This document shows, piece after piece, positions 37,301 to 46,243 of a stretch of DNA of 62,876 nt. The notes under the pieces were generated by a model. It saw nothing but the letters and a program-made list of their open reading frames with translations, ran no database searches and was not told where the DNA came from. This DNA is from a virus (Duplodnaviria > Caudoviricetes). Every line of letters begins with the position of its first letter. Position 1 is the first letter of the stretch. A program made the translations under genes and the position numbers. The DNA is taken from the IMG/VR virus record IMGVR_UViG_3300048694_000377, positions 1 through 62,876 of that record; one strand, 5' to 3'.

Positions 37301-40211
37301 CGGCATTGAGTTTGCCTTGCTCCGAGCCAAATTTTTTATCTTCACCCGGCATAGCCATTGCAGCGGTCTTGCTTGTGGTGTCGGGGCGTGCAATAAGTTT
37401 AACGCTAGTCTTGGGTACGCGATAGTACGCTTTTGCATTTTTAGCGCCATCGGGGTGTACTTTGACGTGCGCGGCATCCACGCCGACCACGACGCCATTG
37501 GTATTGCCGTACCGAACCATATCGCCAACCATGAAGTCGGACGTAATTTTATTAACGGTGTCTTTGATGCGGTCGCCAAGAGCGTTGATTTCGTCGCTAC
37601 CGTAGTATGGCTTATCTTCAACAGGCTTGGGTGTTATAGAATCGACTGGCGACTCAGGCACATTCAGATCAGTAGCCGGTGCAGGCTTATTTACCGGCGC
37701 GGTCTGTGGGGGTACGCCTTTACGCCGATTTAATTCCGCAGTAGCGAGCTCGTACTCTTCGTCAGTCGCCATCCCCATAACGCCTGCAATCTTGACGTCG
37801 TCAAGTTCGTCGTCCGTCATTTTGCGGAAGCGATCTTGTTTTTGTTCTATTGCTTCGGCGGGTGCAGGCTCAGCTTTTACAGTAGGCTCGGCTTGAATAG
37901 CCTCACGCTCTGCTATGCGCTCGTATTCGACGGCTTCTTCGTCAGACAGCAGCCCACGGCCATACAGAAGCTCAATTGCTCGCATGCCGTCTTTTTCAAG
38001 TTGCTCGCGTGCGGCATCAATTTTTTCTTGACTGCCAGCTTTCTTGCCTTTGTAGCCTTTGTATTTCGCCATGGCTTGATTGGCAAGCCGAACAACACCT
38101 CCGGCAATTTGACTTTGTAAGTCCAGCAATTCACGGTCTTCAGCACTGGCTGTTGCTTTGGCGGCAGCACGCTTGCCTTGGTTCTCGCCCGTAATAGCCG
38201 GGTGGTCCCATTTAGCTAGACGGGTTTGAATAAATGACAAAGCATCGTTTGCCTGATCAAGAGCAGCTCGATACGGTTGCAACGCTTCGGGCAGTTCTGA
38301 AGAAGGTTTGCTGTACAGGTCGTTATAAAACGTGTCAAGCTGTTTGTTAATTCCAGTGATGTACGGCAGCAACGGGGTTTGCCGCGCGGAGACAACGTCT
38401 CCATACGGATATGCCGAAAGTTGATTTGGGCCTACTGCACCGGGCTCAACTCTTTCTCCTTGAGGAGTTGCTGCAACATTCGGTCCAGCAGAAACCATTC
38501 CATTTGTGACAGGCGCTCCAGCTCCTGCGGGGGTGGCGACTTGACCGGGCTCTCCAGCCACTGGAACGCCAGCTCCACCTGTTGGGGCGATAGGTTGTCT
38601 AGCATCTTGTCCTCCTTGCGCTGCCAGTTGGTCTTTCGCATCTTGAGCGTCTGCCTCTTTATCTAGCTCGTCAATCAGCTCTTCAATAGTTTTCTTACGT
38701 CCGCCAAGGAAACCTTTAGACCGCGCAAGTTCTTCGGCAGTCATAGGCAGACCACCGCGCTCAGCTTTAAGCTGTAGCTGCTCAACTTGCTCACGAATAA
38801 GATCGTTAGTCCGACCCAGTGCTTTTGCTAACGCAGCGTGACCACCGCCCATAGCGGCTCCCGCCATAAGACTTTGAGCACTGGCTTTGCCGATATCTTT
38901 ATCCCATGGTTGCCCCAAAGCAAGATTAGTAAAAATCTGTTCTTGTACACCTTGCGGCAGTTCTTCAAGCAGGCCTTCTTTAGCCATTTCTTTGAACACT
39001 GCTTTGGCAAACGGATCTTTACCAAGCCCCACTCCGCCTTTAACACCTGCAACACGAGCAGCAATCTCGGTCTCAATATCACCAATACCAAATTTGCTTG
39101 CTACTTTGCCAGATACCATGCCGATCGCCGCAGTACCAAGTCCAGCAGCAATTGCAGGGGCAACGTATTGGCCCCAGTCTCGGCCTTGCTCTCGCGCCTG
39201 CTCAGCAATAGAACCAGTCGTTTGCACGCCTTCAGCGGTACTTGCAGCGGCGGCAATACGCGGGATTTGATCTTTAACTTTGTCTTTGATAAATTTCTGA
39301 GCAGCATAACCTTTTAGCCCGCGCTCGGCGGCTTCTTCAGTTGCTTGCATCATCAGCATTTTGGTAAGCTGCCCACCGGCAGCGCCTGACGCCACGGTGC
39401 CCGGAATAGATTCAACAACCATCGTAGTCAAAGCTACGGGGTTAACCGATAAGGCTTTTAGCGTGTCGATAAATCCTTGAGCACGCTCAACTTCTTCTTG
39501 TTGAGTTTGCGCAATCGGTGTTTGCAGGCCTGTAAAAAACTTGTTAGTTTGCTCGGGTTTGTAGCCGAGCTTATCCATCATCTTGCCCCACTGCCCGATA
39601 TTTAATGGGTTGTCGGGATACCAGCCGGTCAAAATGTTGGCAAGACCAATCGCAGTCTGTCCAAGCCCAACAACACCTTTAGCTCCTGCTAACCCTACAT
39701 CGCGGGCAAGATCAATCGGGCCGTAGTAGCCCTGCGCTTCTTTTTCACGCTGAAGTTTTTCAGCATCAAGCTGTTGGTTGCGCTCCTCAATTGCACGAAG
39801 CTGCTCTTGTACTGCTTGATTTCTTTCAATGATGGATTGCGCCTGTTGCAATCCCCGCCCGGGGGTAAACATGACAGACTCAGGGCTAACGCTGCGCCGC
39901 ATTGCCTCCAAGTTTTTCTGCGCATCAACTGTCGGTGGCTCCATCTTGACGCCACGTTCAAAAATTGATCCACCAGCAGGAGGGCCCGCAACATCCATGA
40001 TGGCAGACCCCAAGTCACCACCCATCGCATCGCCTACTGGCGCGGATTCTTCTGCCGCAACTTTAGTTGCAGGTTTTAAACCTATCTTTGTGTCAAACTC
40101 TGCGCGTGGTATATCCGAATAAAACTTCTGATACAACGCACCAGCCAATGCGTCGTCTGACATATCAGAATATTGCGGATACTTCTCGCGGATTTCTGCA
40201 ATGCTTGGCAT
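31344..40211 (-). CDS. Giant internal virion / polyvalent protein (GHKL ATPase plus two zincin HExxH domains)
   Basis: 2955 aa, last structural gene. KELLQNAFDA, DNARGM, GGLGL, GTTV; THEIAH; LHEIVH...SEFVAE. Confidence 0.8.
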   Translation of the reverse strand: MPSIAEIREKYPQYSDMSDDALAGALYQKFYSDIPRAEFDTKIGLKPATKVAAEESAPVGDAMGGDLGSAIMDVAGPPAGGSIFERGVKMEPPTVDAQKNLEAMRRSVSPESVMFTPGRGLQQAQSIIERNQAVQEQLRAIEERNQQLDAEKLQREKEAQGYYGPIDLARDVGLAGAKGVVGLGQTAIGLANILTGWYPDNPLNIGQWGKMMDKLGYKPEQTNKFFTGLQTPIAQTQQEEVERAQGFIDTLKALSVNPVALTTMVVESIPGTVASGAAGGQLTKMLMMQATEEAAERGLKGYAAQKFIKDKVKDQIPRIAAAASTAEGVQTTGSIAEQAREQGRDWGQYVAPAIAAGLGTAAIGMVSGKVASKFGIGDIETEIAARVAGVKGGVGLGKDPFAKAVFKEMAKEGLLEELPQGVQEQIFTNLALGQPWDKDIGKASAQSLMAGAAMGGGHAALAKALGRTNDLIREQVEQLQLKAERGGLPMTAEELARSKGFLGGRKKTIEELIDELDKEADAQDAKDQLAAQGGQDARQPIAPTGGAGVPVAGEPGQVATPAGAGAPVTNGMVSAGPNVAATPQGERVEPGAVGPNQLSAYPYGDVVSARQTPLLPYITGINKQLDTFYNDLYSKPSSELPEALQPYRAALDQANDALSFIQTRLAKWDHPAITGENQGKRAAAKATASAEDRELLDLQSQIAGGVVRLANQAMAKYKGYKGKKAGSQEKIDAAREQLEKDGMRAIELLYGRGLLSDEEAVEYERIAEREAIQAEPTVKAEPAPAEAIEQKQDRFRKMTDDELDDVKIAGVMGMATDEEYELATAELNRRKGVPPQTAPVNKPAPATDLNVPESPVDSITPKPVEDKPYYGSDEINALGDRIKDTVNKITSDFMVGDMVRYGNTNGVVVGVDAAHVKVHPDGAKNAKAYYRVPKTSVKLIARPDTTSKTAAMAMPGEDKKFGSEQGKLNADMGGLIQLLGANMYAGTVADVAVKELLQNAFDAVKGAVSNVNGAGEKITPLYKSGKITITIDDDARTITVTDNARGMTPEIVRNAFFTVAGSDKSDVPVNQRSGGLGLAKMGFMLGSERLILDTVRDGVRVRVDTSAQDIAKSNFQIVKSPAPKSEHGTTVTVKIPEHYTDPKTGDKKDIYFSGNPEFYDALQQPLIGPVTVETIKKSSFGDDVTTLPVGLEFPADKYIQFKVNFDWGSADIYFSKERNSGSNWSIKHQVLSSGVYQFNSDFKLNQQEKIPYDIIVNIKPNVEAKHPDYPFENSRERFKGRLKNDIEALQEYLAKIARGNEAADLQENFKNIVSMPRVEAGKDIADASKKLRKAFDQRGTGERKELPPMPKEVRIEGTKVVAIDTGKVLADTAKKQEKEREGTFKAEKEAPKMEDFLTQMSQDPKLPIFHNNTNVDLLAVGSEYGNPEQFFAELGTLMVEMKEAAADSRMYGYDVLKPENLFFAGVSVDKQYGGVHIKVPYKAVLVNPFYDFGAKTLFGVREYLWETMTHEIAHTGDMGHGEGHNAHMLKVRQYFADEGLADYFRDALMDVLTRHESTYTAMREAYGRSTTANTAKSLRDYEKGSASASDGSAASRDPDTIRPLPAGRGPTGYEALRAAGAVNPTSGIPRTTGSTAPASVKGLNQDIVDAINRNDVNGALRAIARTTSGLYSELAKRLAELNLPTNIIFNNQRALVKRVIDDRSAQEQLRLFAYLSREAPKFYEQHFKDYDKAENLERVFEGLRRLPGSGINIGPVNTELGAVRLAYNKSMPGLTARGFFAPTLDTINIKPDDFFGSSNRTVLHEIVHAATDYILAEKVALTPAQAQAKKDLLAMYAYAQTKLSPDEYGFRNISEFVAEAMTNPKFQAKLKGVQYPPRKTSLFNRFLQVVADMFGLGNLAGASMSAINELLSPQRPAGVAAMPLVFAKGKRVRGPISKPDTWRTAESVQTTIQDELSDAVKGRVPLGSALKDLSGALWNASGTAVRAVVLPVLQLRQLKDLTRTKFPQITGAVNIVEQMVSYRGKKIKIAEDIVQKWSKLQSNNPKQSGLMGRIMIEATIRSRDPDLGPAPGAAPDALDNAWNALKPEFKQLYREVREFYADSVKEMVRTMKQRALGLPKAERQEMIRKINEQFGPDKLVKPYFPLRRFGKHWFQIGKGDFKEFYTFESATARNFAFNKRRRQLLAGNKQQQAAAETMRMGDGISELFSKNVATTQVLRDMEKVVDGLTATDVPGLKAEIKDSINQLIYLLLPEQSMRKMFINRKAIQGASADMLRVFSKTAVHSAYQQARFKFAEPFVNNINNARGYIDDLEANHFITPQQGAVYRDYVLELENRTKNVLGVEDTSPVARAVGAVTNTTFYFMLSAPASVLLNTVGMAVLTMPRIGARYGYARTNALMLKNAALYSATMPKRSLAPLVTGNFMQVSFPSLVEGATLNPLLKRAADRFIDDGDINISMTNDIFDMSEQPSALYTGKVNTIKKVMSGLFHQGERFNREVALLTAFELAHEKFSKADRTDIRGVVQRDPTTGQPAKYTSNEAFELAIQEARDIAGLTLGDYTRQMKGRIFTVPSVNLITQFKQYAITATYNVLRDFYLSVGAPFRKAEIEQFRQQMIKDGLSQTVIDQRLDEAEAYRKEIYREGMKRLAGVMGMTFLFGGIAAQPFFSMLGTLIKMFAPDDDDDEFFDWENWFYNFMAKDVGGAAAAIFTKMGMAAGKSEEAGKQLGLAIARGPVAALTGTSLADRVSLDMKNLWWREGRYSPDARESFQQEVFANLGPSVGLGFNWADAWQLASEGQFLKAYEKAAPALFSKPGTAYRLGTEGATTRSGEVIGGLYPEEFTTWNLAMQAIGLQPEKLALAQKAAIQAKTYQQKILDRRNTLLNRLWMERGTPSYTDALAKANEFSLKYPQAAIDGDAIDKSFDARAEAKAQAEAMGAKLDEKLYGRTGPMLYYGNR

Positions 40212-40217
40212 GGTTAT

Positions 40218-42704
40218 TTATTTTCCACGAAGTCCAAGGGGGTCGTTATTAGAGGTTTTACCGGGTTCGGATTTTCCCATTTCTTCTTGCAAAATTGCTT
40301 TGCGTCGTGCATCGGCCGCTGCGGTATCTTTTTTACGGATTGCGGCGTTAAGTTCTGTGTCAGTGTAGGCACGTTTTGCTGCACGCTCACGGGCTTTTTC
40401 TTCGGCGGAAGCCTCAACCCGAGTTTTAACACCTTCAAGACCAGCGCTCTTGCGTTCTTGATAAAGCTGGAACGCTTTGGCTTTTTGACGTTCAAGAGAC
40501 AAGTCAGGATATAACTCTTGCACTTCGGGCAAATAGGCAGCGGGGCCAGCCTCAAATTCTTTCGGCCCAGATCCACTGCCCGGAGCCTTGAGCTGACGAG
40601 AAGCATTTGCCAACTTGACACTTGCATCGGCGCCGTGTTCGAGTTTGTCGAGGTTGGCTTTGTTGGCGTCCTTGATATTGCCTCGGTATGCGGCCTCTGC
40701 TGCATCGGCTTCTTTCATCAAGCCCATCTGTTCTTTGCGCACAGAGTCGGCCAAATTGAATTGGGCCAAAGCCAAATGTTGTTTCTCTGCGCGGTCGGCT
40801 TCAAGAGCTTTACCGTAACTTTGAGCAAACGCCCCGCCAGCGGCGCCGAGGCCTCGCATGAACCCGCCGGGTTGCAACATACCTTGCATGGCTGCAAGAG
40901 CAGCCAGACCTTTGCCTTGTTCTAAACCTTGACCTTGGTTGGCTTGAGCTTGATCCAAATATTGCTGGTATTTTTGCGCCGCTACATTGGGGCCGATTTG
41001 CTGGTTAATCTCGTTCAAGCGATTTTGCCGTGCTTGGCTAACGCCTTGTTCAGTAGCTACCTGCGGAATAAACGCATTCACTGCGTTGACACGTTGTTCG
41101 GCCAAATTAAGCAGGCGAGGATCAGCGGGCCCTTGTTGGTACGTCGCAGGCATGTCTTGTTGAACAGGCTGGTCATCGTTGTCCGCAAACGCAACAATCC
41201 CACCACCAGCCAGCAGTTGAGTACGAGTTTGTTGCGGTAGTTGATTAAACGCACTGCCGAGTCCTTGGGCGATTGAAGCGTCTTCGGCGCTTGCAAACTT
41301 TGGAGCGGCTTGGCGCAACAGACTTTGGTTGGCCAACTGTTCTTGAACAGCGTTGGTTTCGTTTGTATCGCCACGGGCTTGAGCAGCTTGGAGTGCAGCT
41401 TGCAATCCTTGGGATTGCATCAGGCTCAGATCGGGGATAGCCTGACCTGTTTGGTTAACGTCACCACCTTTGGCGTAGCCTTTGATGACGCCGCCTTTTT
41501 TGCTGCCGGTGGCATTGGGATCGGTGTAGCCTTGCGGGTCTTGCGCCGCCGTGGGAAGTGTATTTCCTGATGGCGTCGGAGGGGGTACCGATGCATTTCC
41601 AGTGATCTGGTTATAGAGATTGGTCAAGCCGGAGCCAATTGTGTTTAAACCGCCAGTGATGCCGGTTGTGCCGGCTGCGGCTGTGTTGGTTCCAGTGGCC
41701 GTGCCGGTTGGATTGGTTGGATTGGTTGGACTTCCAAACAGTTGGTTTAAACCGTATGCACCCATGCCCAACGATGCGAGTTGTTGCAAGGTCGTCGGGG
41801 CCTGTTGGTAATACTGCTGAGACTGCGTGGCGATTGGCAGGCCGGACAACATGTTCTGCATGAAGCCCAATTGCTGGTACGGGTACTGCTGGGCCGTGTT
41901 GTAGTTCTGCACGGCTTGGTTCAGGATGTTTTGTTGCAGGCCTTGCTGAGTTGCGCCGGTCTGCTGCTGTTGGCCCAAGATGCCTTCCTGTGCAGTCAAC
42001 GCTTGGTTGCCAATGTTGGCCAACTGATTTGCTGCGTTTAAACCTTGACCATACATGCCGGCTGCTGCTTGTTGACCTTGGAGCCCAAGGTTGGCACCAA
42101 ATTGCATATTCTGCAAAGCGTTGTTGTAAGCCGTGTTGTAACCTTGGCCGACCAAATTGCTCATGGCAAGTTGATTGGCTTGGTTCTGGAGACCTTGCTG
42201 AAGCCCGTAGCGCGAGCCGCCAAATGCGCCCGCTTGGGATGCTTGGCTGGCAAGCTGCTGTCCTTGCTGGGCTTGTTGCTCTCCCAGCAATTGCATCTGC
42301 GGGGCTAATGAGGCTTGCAGATAGGGGTTCATGTAGGACTGAACCGCCCAAGGGTTAGTCGCTTGCATGCCGTAGTTCATGCCGGCGTTGGCCGCCTGTC
42401 CACCCAAACCCATCAGGTTGCCGTAGGTCTGGCCGGTAAGGCCCATAGCCTGACCGAATGTAGATGGCAACCCAAGATTGGCTACGCCCTGCTGGGCCTG
42501 CTGTTGAAGCGGAGTGAACCCGGCAAAGTAGTCGGCGGCGTTCTGGCTGTATGGCGTGTAGCCAGTCAACCCTGTGATATTGCCATTTGCGTCAGTGTTG
42601 AAAATCTGATTTTGAACAGCCCCCAACATGTTCTGCACATACGGCATCGCATAGTCGGCTACACCTGCTTGTGTGTCTGTTTGGGTATAGGGAGATGTTG
42701 CCAT
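40218..42704 (-). CDS. Internal virion/ejection protein (Gln/Gly/Ala-rich)
   Basis: 828 aa; YMNPY and QYPYQQL.F motifs; lies before the giant gene. Confidence 0.65.
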   Translation of the reverse strand: MATSPYTQTDTQAGVADYAMPYVQNMLGAVQNQIFNTDANGNITGLTGYTPYSQNAADYFAGFTPLQQQAQQGVANLGLPSTFGQAMGLTGQTYGNLMGLGGQAANAGMNYGMQATNPWAVQSYMNPYLQASLAPQMQLLGEQQAQQGQQLASQASQAGAFGGSRYGLQQGLQNQANQLAMSNLVGQGYNTAYNNALQNMQFGANLGLQGQQAAAGMYGQGLNAANQLANIGNQALTAQEGILGQQQQTGATQQGLQQNILNQAVQNYNTAQQYPYQQLGFMQNMLSGLPIATQSQQYYQQAPTTLQQLASLGMGAYGLNQLFGSPTNPTNPTGTATGTNTAAAGTTGITGGLNTIGSGLTNLYNQITGNASVPPPTPSGNTLPTAAQDPQGYTDPNATGSKKGGVIKGYAKGGDVNQTGQAIPDLSLMQSQGLQAALQAAQARGDTNETNAVQEQLANQSLLRQAAPKFASAEDASIAQGLGSAFNQLPQQTRTQLLAGGGIVAFADNDDQPVQQDMPATYQQGPADPRLLNLAEQRVNAVNAFIPQVATEQGVSQARQNRLNEINQQIGPNVAAQKYQQYLDQAQANQGQGLEQGKGLAALAAMQGMLQPGGFMRGLGAAGGAFAQSYGKALEADRAEKQHLALAQFNLADSVRKEQMGLMKEADAAEAAYRGNIKDANKANLDKLEHGADASVKLANASRQLKAPGSGSGPKEFEAGPAAYLPEVQELYPDLSLERQKAKAFQLYQERKSAGLEGVKTRVEASAEEKARERAAKRAYTDTELNAAIRKKDTAAADARRKAILQEEMGKSEPGKTSNNDPLGLRGK

Positions 42705-42713
42705 GTTGTACCT

Positions 42714-45539
42714 TTACTTTGGTATGAACTTGCCGGGGTTAATCTGTTTGCCTTGAGCTTTGCGGCCTGTACGGGCGTGACGAACTTGGTCCATCATTTT
42801 GTACAGCTCCCTTGCACCAGCCTCAGTCGATCCATTACCAAGGTGGGAAACCACGTCTGCGGGCACGACGAATTCACCATCACCAAGTCGGGCCGGACGC
42901 TTGCCGCCAATTGTCGCAGGAATACTGTCGCTCATGCCATCCCCGGGGCCTTTGAGCAAATGACCGCCATCGGAGTAAGAGCCAAGGCCACCTCCGCTCA
43001 GATTCAATTGACCAAGGGTTGGGCCAGTCGGTGCAGCCACCGGCGCGGTGGGAGACTGTGCTGTATAAGCATCGTTTTGATACTCGGCAGCGGCACGGGT
43101 CCATGGGTCCATTGTTGCAAGTTGTGCTTTGCTGGTGTACTGGGGTTTACTTGAGGCTGTACCGCCCGATGCAAATCCCGCCATCTGAGCCAGCATTTGC
43201 ATGGGATTTGATTGTCCTTGCTGTTGACCGCCTTGTCCAGCCATTTGAGCCATAGCTTGCATTGGACTTTGGTTGCCATTTAACCCAGAAAATTGGGCAA
43301 AAGGGCTCATGACGCTTTGTGCTGCTTGAGCAGGAGCAGCGGCCTGCTGTGCTGCGGCTTGTTGTTGCGCCACCGTGGTCACACCTGTGGGACGGAAAGC
43401 ATTGGGGTCTGGACGATTGGCTTGGTAATTGGAGGCCAAGTTGTACTTGGTCAGGGGGCCAGAGTAGGTGGCCTTGCCCGGGGTCCCAAACTTGGAGTTG
43501 TCAGATTGGATCAATGCCAAAAGACCCGCCAATCCTGCCGCACCTGTCAATGCACCGGCTCCAGTCAAACTGCCAATCAAAGGGCTGTTAAGGAACTTTG
43601 AAATCGAGTTGGAGCCACTGGGAGATGTGCTGGAGCCACTGGTAGATGTGCCGGCACCGGAAGTTCCGCTTGATGTGCTGGTTGACGTATCCCCGTAGGT
43701 CGTCGTGGGAGCGGCATCAATCGGATTTCCATTTGCATCCACAGGATTGCCGTTTGCATCAACATAGGTTGGGTTGCCATTAGCATCAACCTCCCCCGTC
43801 TGGATTATGTTCGGTATTGTGCTGCCGCCATTTGAGACGTATGGATCAGAACCGATGTCTTGAGTTGGAATTGTGGTTTGACCATTCGAAACATATGGAT
43901 CAGAACCATTATCTGAAGTGGTGTTGGTGTCTGCCATATTGGCTCCTGTTGTATCTGTGGTCACATTGGGACCCGCTGGGTTTTCTGCAAATGGGTTGGT
44001 CTCAGGATTGCTTAGGTTTGTCGGAGGGGCGGCAGGACCAAGATTTGAAGTCTCAACCGGTCCGGCAGAATCGGCGACAGGAAGTGATGAAGCGACAGGA
44101 GGAATAACTCCACCCGGTTGAGCAGGTGTGGATGAAGCGGTTCCATCTGTATTCGTGGTAACTGTGCTTCCATCGTCGGAAAGCAAAGTCGTACTACCAT
44201 CGGGATTATTTATAAGGTTGCTGGTTTGTGCAACATTTGCAGGAGGAGCAGCAGGAGGTTGAGCAACGGGGCCAGAAGCAGCGACTGGGTTTGCCTGAGA
44301 TGTATCACTGGAAACGGATTGAGAATCCGAAGATTGATATGGGTTTTGGTTGGAAAGTGAAATCCCAAATGGTAGAGAATTGTCTGCTGGCGGCGATGTG
44401 GTGACGGGCGAGGAAGGGGCTGCTGAATTAGAGCCAAGCGCACTACCGGCAAGTGCTGCGGCGGCGGCGGTAATCGAGTTTGGATTCCCCGATGAAGCAG
44501 CTTGGACAAGGTTTGCAGCCTTGAGGGCGTCAGATATGCTGATGTTTGAATCGGTGCCCGGAATGCTGACGGAGTTTGATCCGGCTCCAGTCAAGGCGGC
44601 GCCAGAAGACAGCACCCCAAGCGCATTGCCAGATTGGGCCGCATTTACCAGATTGTTTGCTGCATTTGCTGTTTTGAGTGCGCTGGTCACATCAGCGCCG
44701 GTAGAGCCCAAGGCGCTCCCAACGGTGTCGCTTACCCCGGGAATGCCCGTGGCTGAAGTCAATGCGGCAAATGGGTTGTTGTTTGCAACTGCCTCACCAG
44801 TGTTTACGGCGGCGGCAATAGGGGCAAGTTCTGGTGCGGCAACAGATGCAAGACTCAAAACAGGTGCAATAGGCGCCAAAGCACTGGCAAGACCACTTAC
44901 AACATTACCCAAAAACCCGCCAGATTGACCACCAACGTACTGAACGCCTTGCGTTAAAAAATTATCTGGAATAGATGCCTTGCCTGAAGACGAGTCAACA
45001 GCAATAGGCACAGCATAAGAACCACCACCATTGATGTCTGGGATAGACACACCCATGATGCCGCTTGTGCCAGTGTTTTGCAGGTTGTATGTCTGGCCAT
45101 TTCCAAGAATAAGTGTATTGCCCTGAACGACATAGTTTCCAGAATTGACGCCGTTTACTAGAGTAGACAATCCGCCATGAGATTCACTGTTGGCGTTCAA
45201 ATTACCACTGAACAAATTACTGTTTGCCAATGTAGACGACATCTGGTAATTTGGATCGGCATTAGGAACTGCTACTTTTGTTCCACCGCTTGTGTTTCCT
45301 TGATCATCTGTTGTGGCTCCTGCCATCACATAAGTGAAGTTTCCAGCCTTTTCTGCGGCGGCATCGGCAGCGGCTTGGGCAGCAGCATCGTTTTGTTGGA
45401 TGGCAGATGGATCAATTTGTTGACCATTTGGTCCAACCCATTGCATGCTTCCATAATCACCCTCAGAAACATTTTGAAGACTGTACCCTGCCGCTTGCAA
45501 TTGAGCAGATGTGGGGTTTGCAGGTAAAGATGTGGCCAT
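42714..45539 (-). CDS. Internal virion protein with low-complexity body and GPGDGMSDSIPA...GEFVVPA C-terminal domain
   Basis: 941 aa; lies between the nozzle and ejection genes. Confidence 0.65.
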   Translation of the reverse strand: MATSLPANPTSAQLQAAGYSLQNVSEGDYGSMQWVGPNGQQIDPSAIQQNDAAAQAAADAAAEKAGNFTYVMAGATTDDQGNTSGGTKVAVPNADPNYQMSSTLANSNLFSGNLNANSESHGGLSTLVNGVNSGNYVVQGNTLILGNGQTYNLQNTGTSGIMGVSIPDINGGGSYAVPIAVDSSSGKASIPDNFLTQGVQYVGGQSGGFLGNVVSGLASALAPIAPVLSLASVAAPELAPIAAAVNTGEAVANNNPFAALTSATGIPGVSDTVGSALGSTGADVTSALKTANAANNLVNAAQSGNALGVLSSGAALTGAGSNSVSIPGTDSNISISDALKAANLVQAASSGNPNSITAAAAALAGSALGSNSAAPSSPVTTSPPADNSLPFGISLSNQNPYQSSDSQSVSSDTSQANPVAASGPVAQPPAAPPANVAQTSNLINNPDGSTTLLSDDGSTVTTNTDGTASSTPAQPGGVIPPVASSLPVADSAGPVETSNLGPAAPPTNLSNPETNPFAENPAGPNVTTDTTGANMADTNTTSDNGSDPYVSNGQTTIPTQDIGSDPYVSNGGSTIPNIIQTGEVDANGNPTYVDANGNPVDANGNPIDAAPTTTYGDTSTSTSSGTSGAGTSTSGSSTSPSGSNSISKFLNSPLIGSLTGAGALTGAAGLAGLLALIQSDNSKFGTPGKATYSGPLTKYNLASNYQANRPDPNAFRPTGVTTVAQQQAAAQQAAAPAQAAQSVMSPFAQFSGLNGNQSPMQAMAQMAGQGGQQQGQSNPMQMLAQMAGFASGGTASSKPQYTSKAQLATMDPWTRAAAEYQNDAYTAQSPTAPVAAPTGPTLGQLNLSGGGLGSYSDGGHLLKGPGDGMSDSIPATIGGKRPARLGDGEFVVPADVVSHLGNGSTEAGARELYKMMDQVRHARTGRKAQGKQINPGKFIPK

Positions 45540-45551
45540 GTTTAAATCCTA

Positions 45552-46235
45552 TCATGTGGGGGTCTTGGACACAAACGTTAGAGTGGCCACGACCGACGGG
45601 ATTGAGGGCATCGTGTACCCCGCAGAATTGGCGGCGTATGCCTCCATGTAACACCCCGTGCTGGAAGATGAAGCAACCAGTTCGACCACATCCCCGGCGT
45701 TCAGTTGCACAAAAAAATTGGCCGCTACGATCAGGTAACCACTGATTGATCCAGACTTGGCTGGAACATCAAACTTACTGTTAGTGCCCACCACGTCCAC
45801 CCCGTTTACACGCAACCATGTGTAACAGGTGTCAATTGAGGTGTCGTCATTGGCCCACTGAATGCTGTACTGGTAGTTGTAAATGCCAGCGTTGTTGACG
45901 GTGATGCCGCTCGTACCAGAATTGGTACAGTCGTTCAGGAAGTCATTGGTGTCCAGTGTGACCAACGTTGCCGTGTTGGCTGTAAAAGTCTGGTTGGTTG
46001 TCCGGCGTGCCGACGCATAGGGGAAATTGAGGTAAACCCCGCCCGGATGATTTGATGTGTTGAGCTGTGGCGCACCAAGCAAACCCCCAAAAGTCGTATC
46101 GATCCCGTTGAAATACAGCCGCAAAACGTTGCTGTACTGCTCCATGAACCGTGGATCGTACTGAGCCGGGGCCGACGGCAAGCGCGGTGCAATCGTTGGA
46201 ACGATGTTGGTGATGTACTTGGATGTCGTGGCCAT
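45552..46235 (-). CDS. Tail-associated protein (beta-sandwich C-terminus)
   Basis: 227 aa; LRLYFN helix followed by GIYNYQYSIQ...LNAGDVVEL. Confidence 0.6.
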   Translation of the reverse strand: MATTSKYITNIVPTIAPRLPSAPAQYDPRFMEQYSNVLRLYFNGIDTTFGGLLGAPQLNTSNHPGGVYLNFPYASARRTTNQTFTANTATLVTLDTNDFLNDCTNSGTSGITVNNAGIYNYQYSIQWANDDTSIDTCYTWLRVNGVDVVGTNSKFDVPAKSGSISGYLIVAANFFVQLNAGDVVELVASSSSTGCYMEAYAANSAGYTMPSIPSVVATLTFVSKTPT

Positions 46236-46243
46236 AAGGGTTT

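Noticed and set aside
40214-40705. 163-aa minus-strand ORF as a frameshift product of the 828-aa gene
   Set aside because: It is an alternative frame inside a real gene, and I saw no convincing slippery site or RBS.
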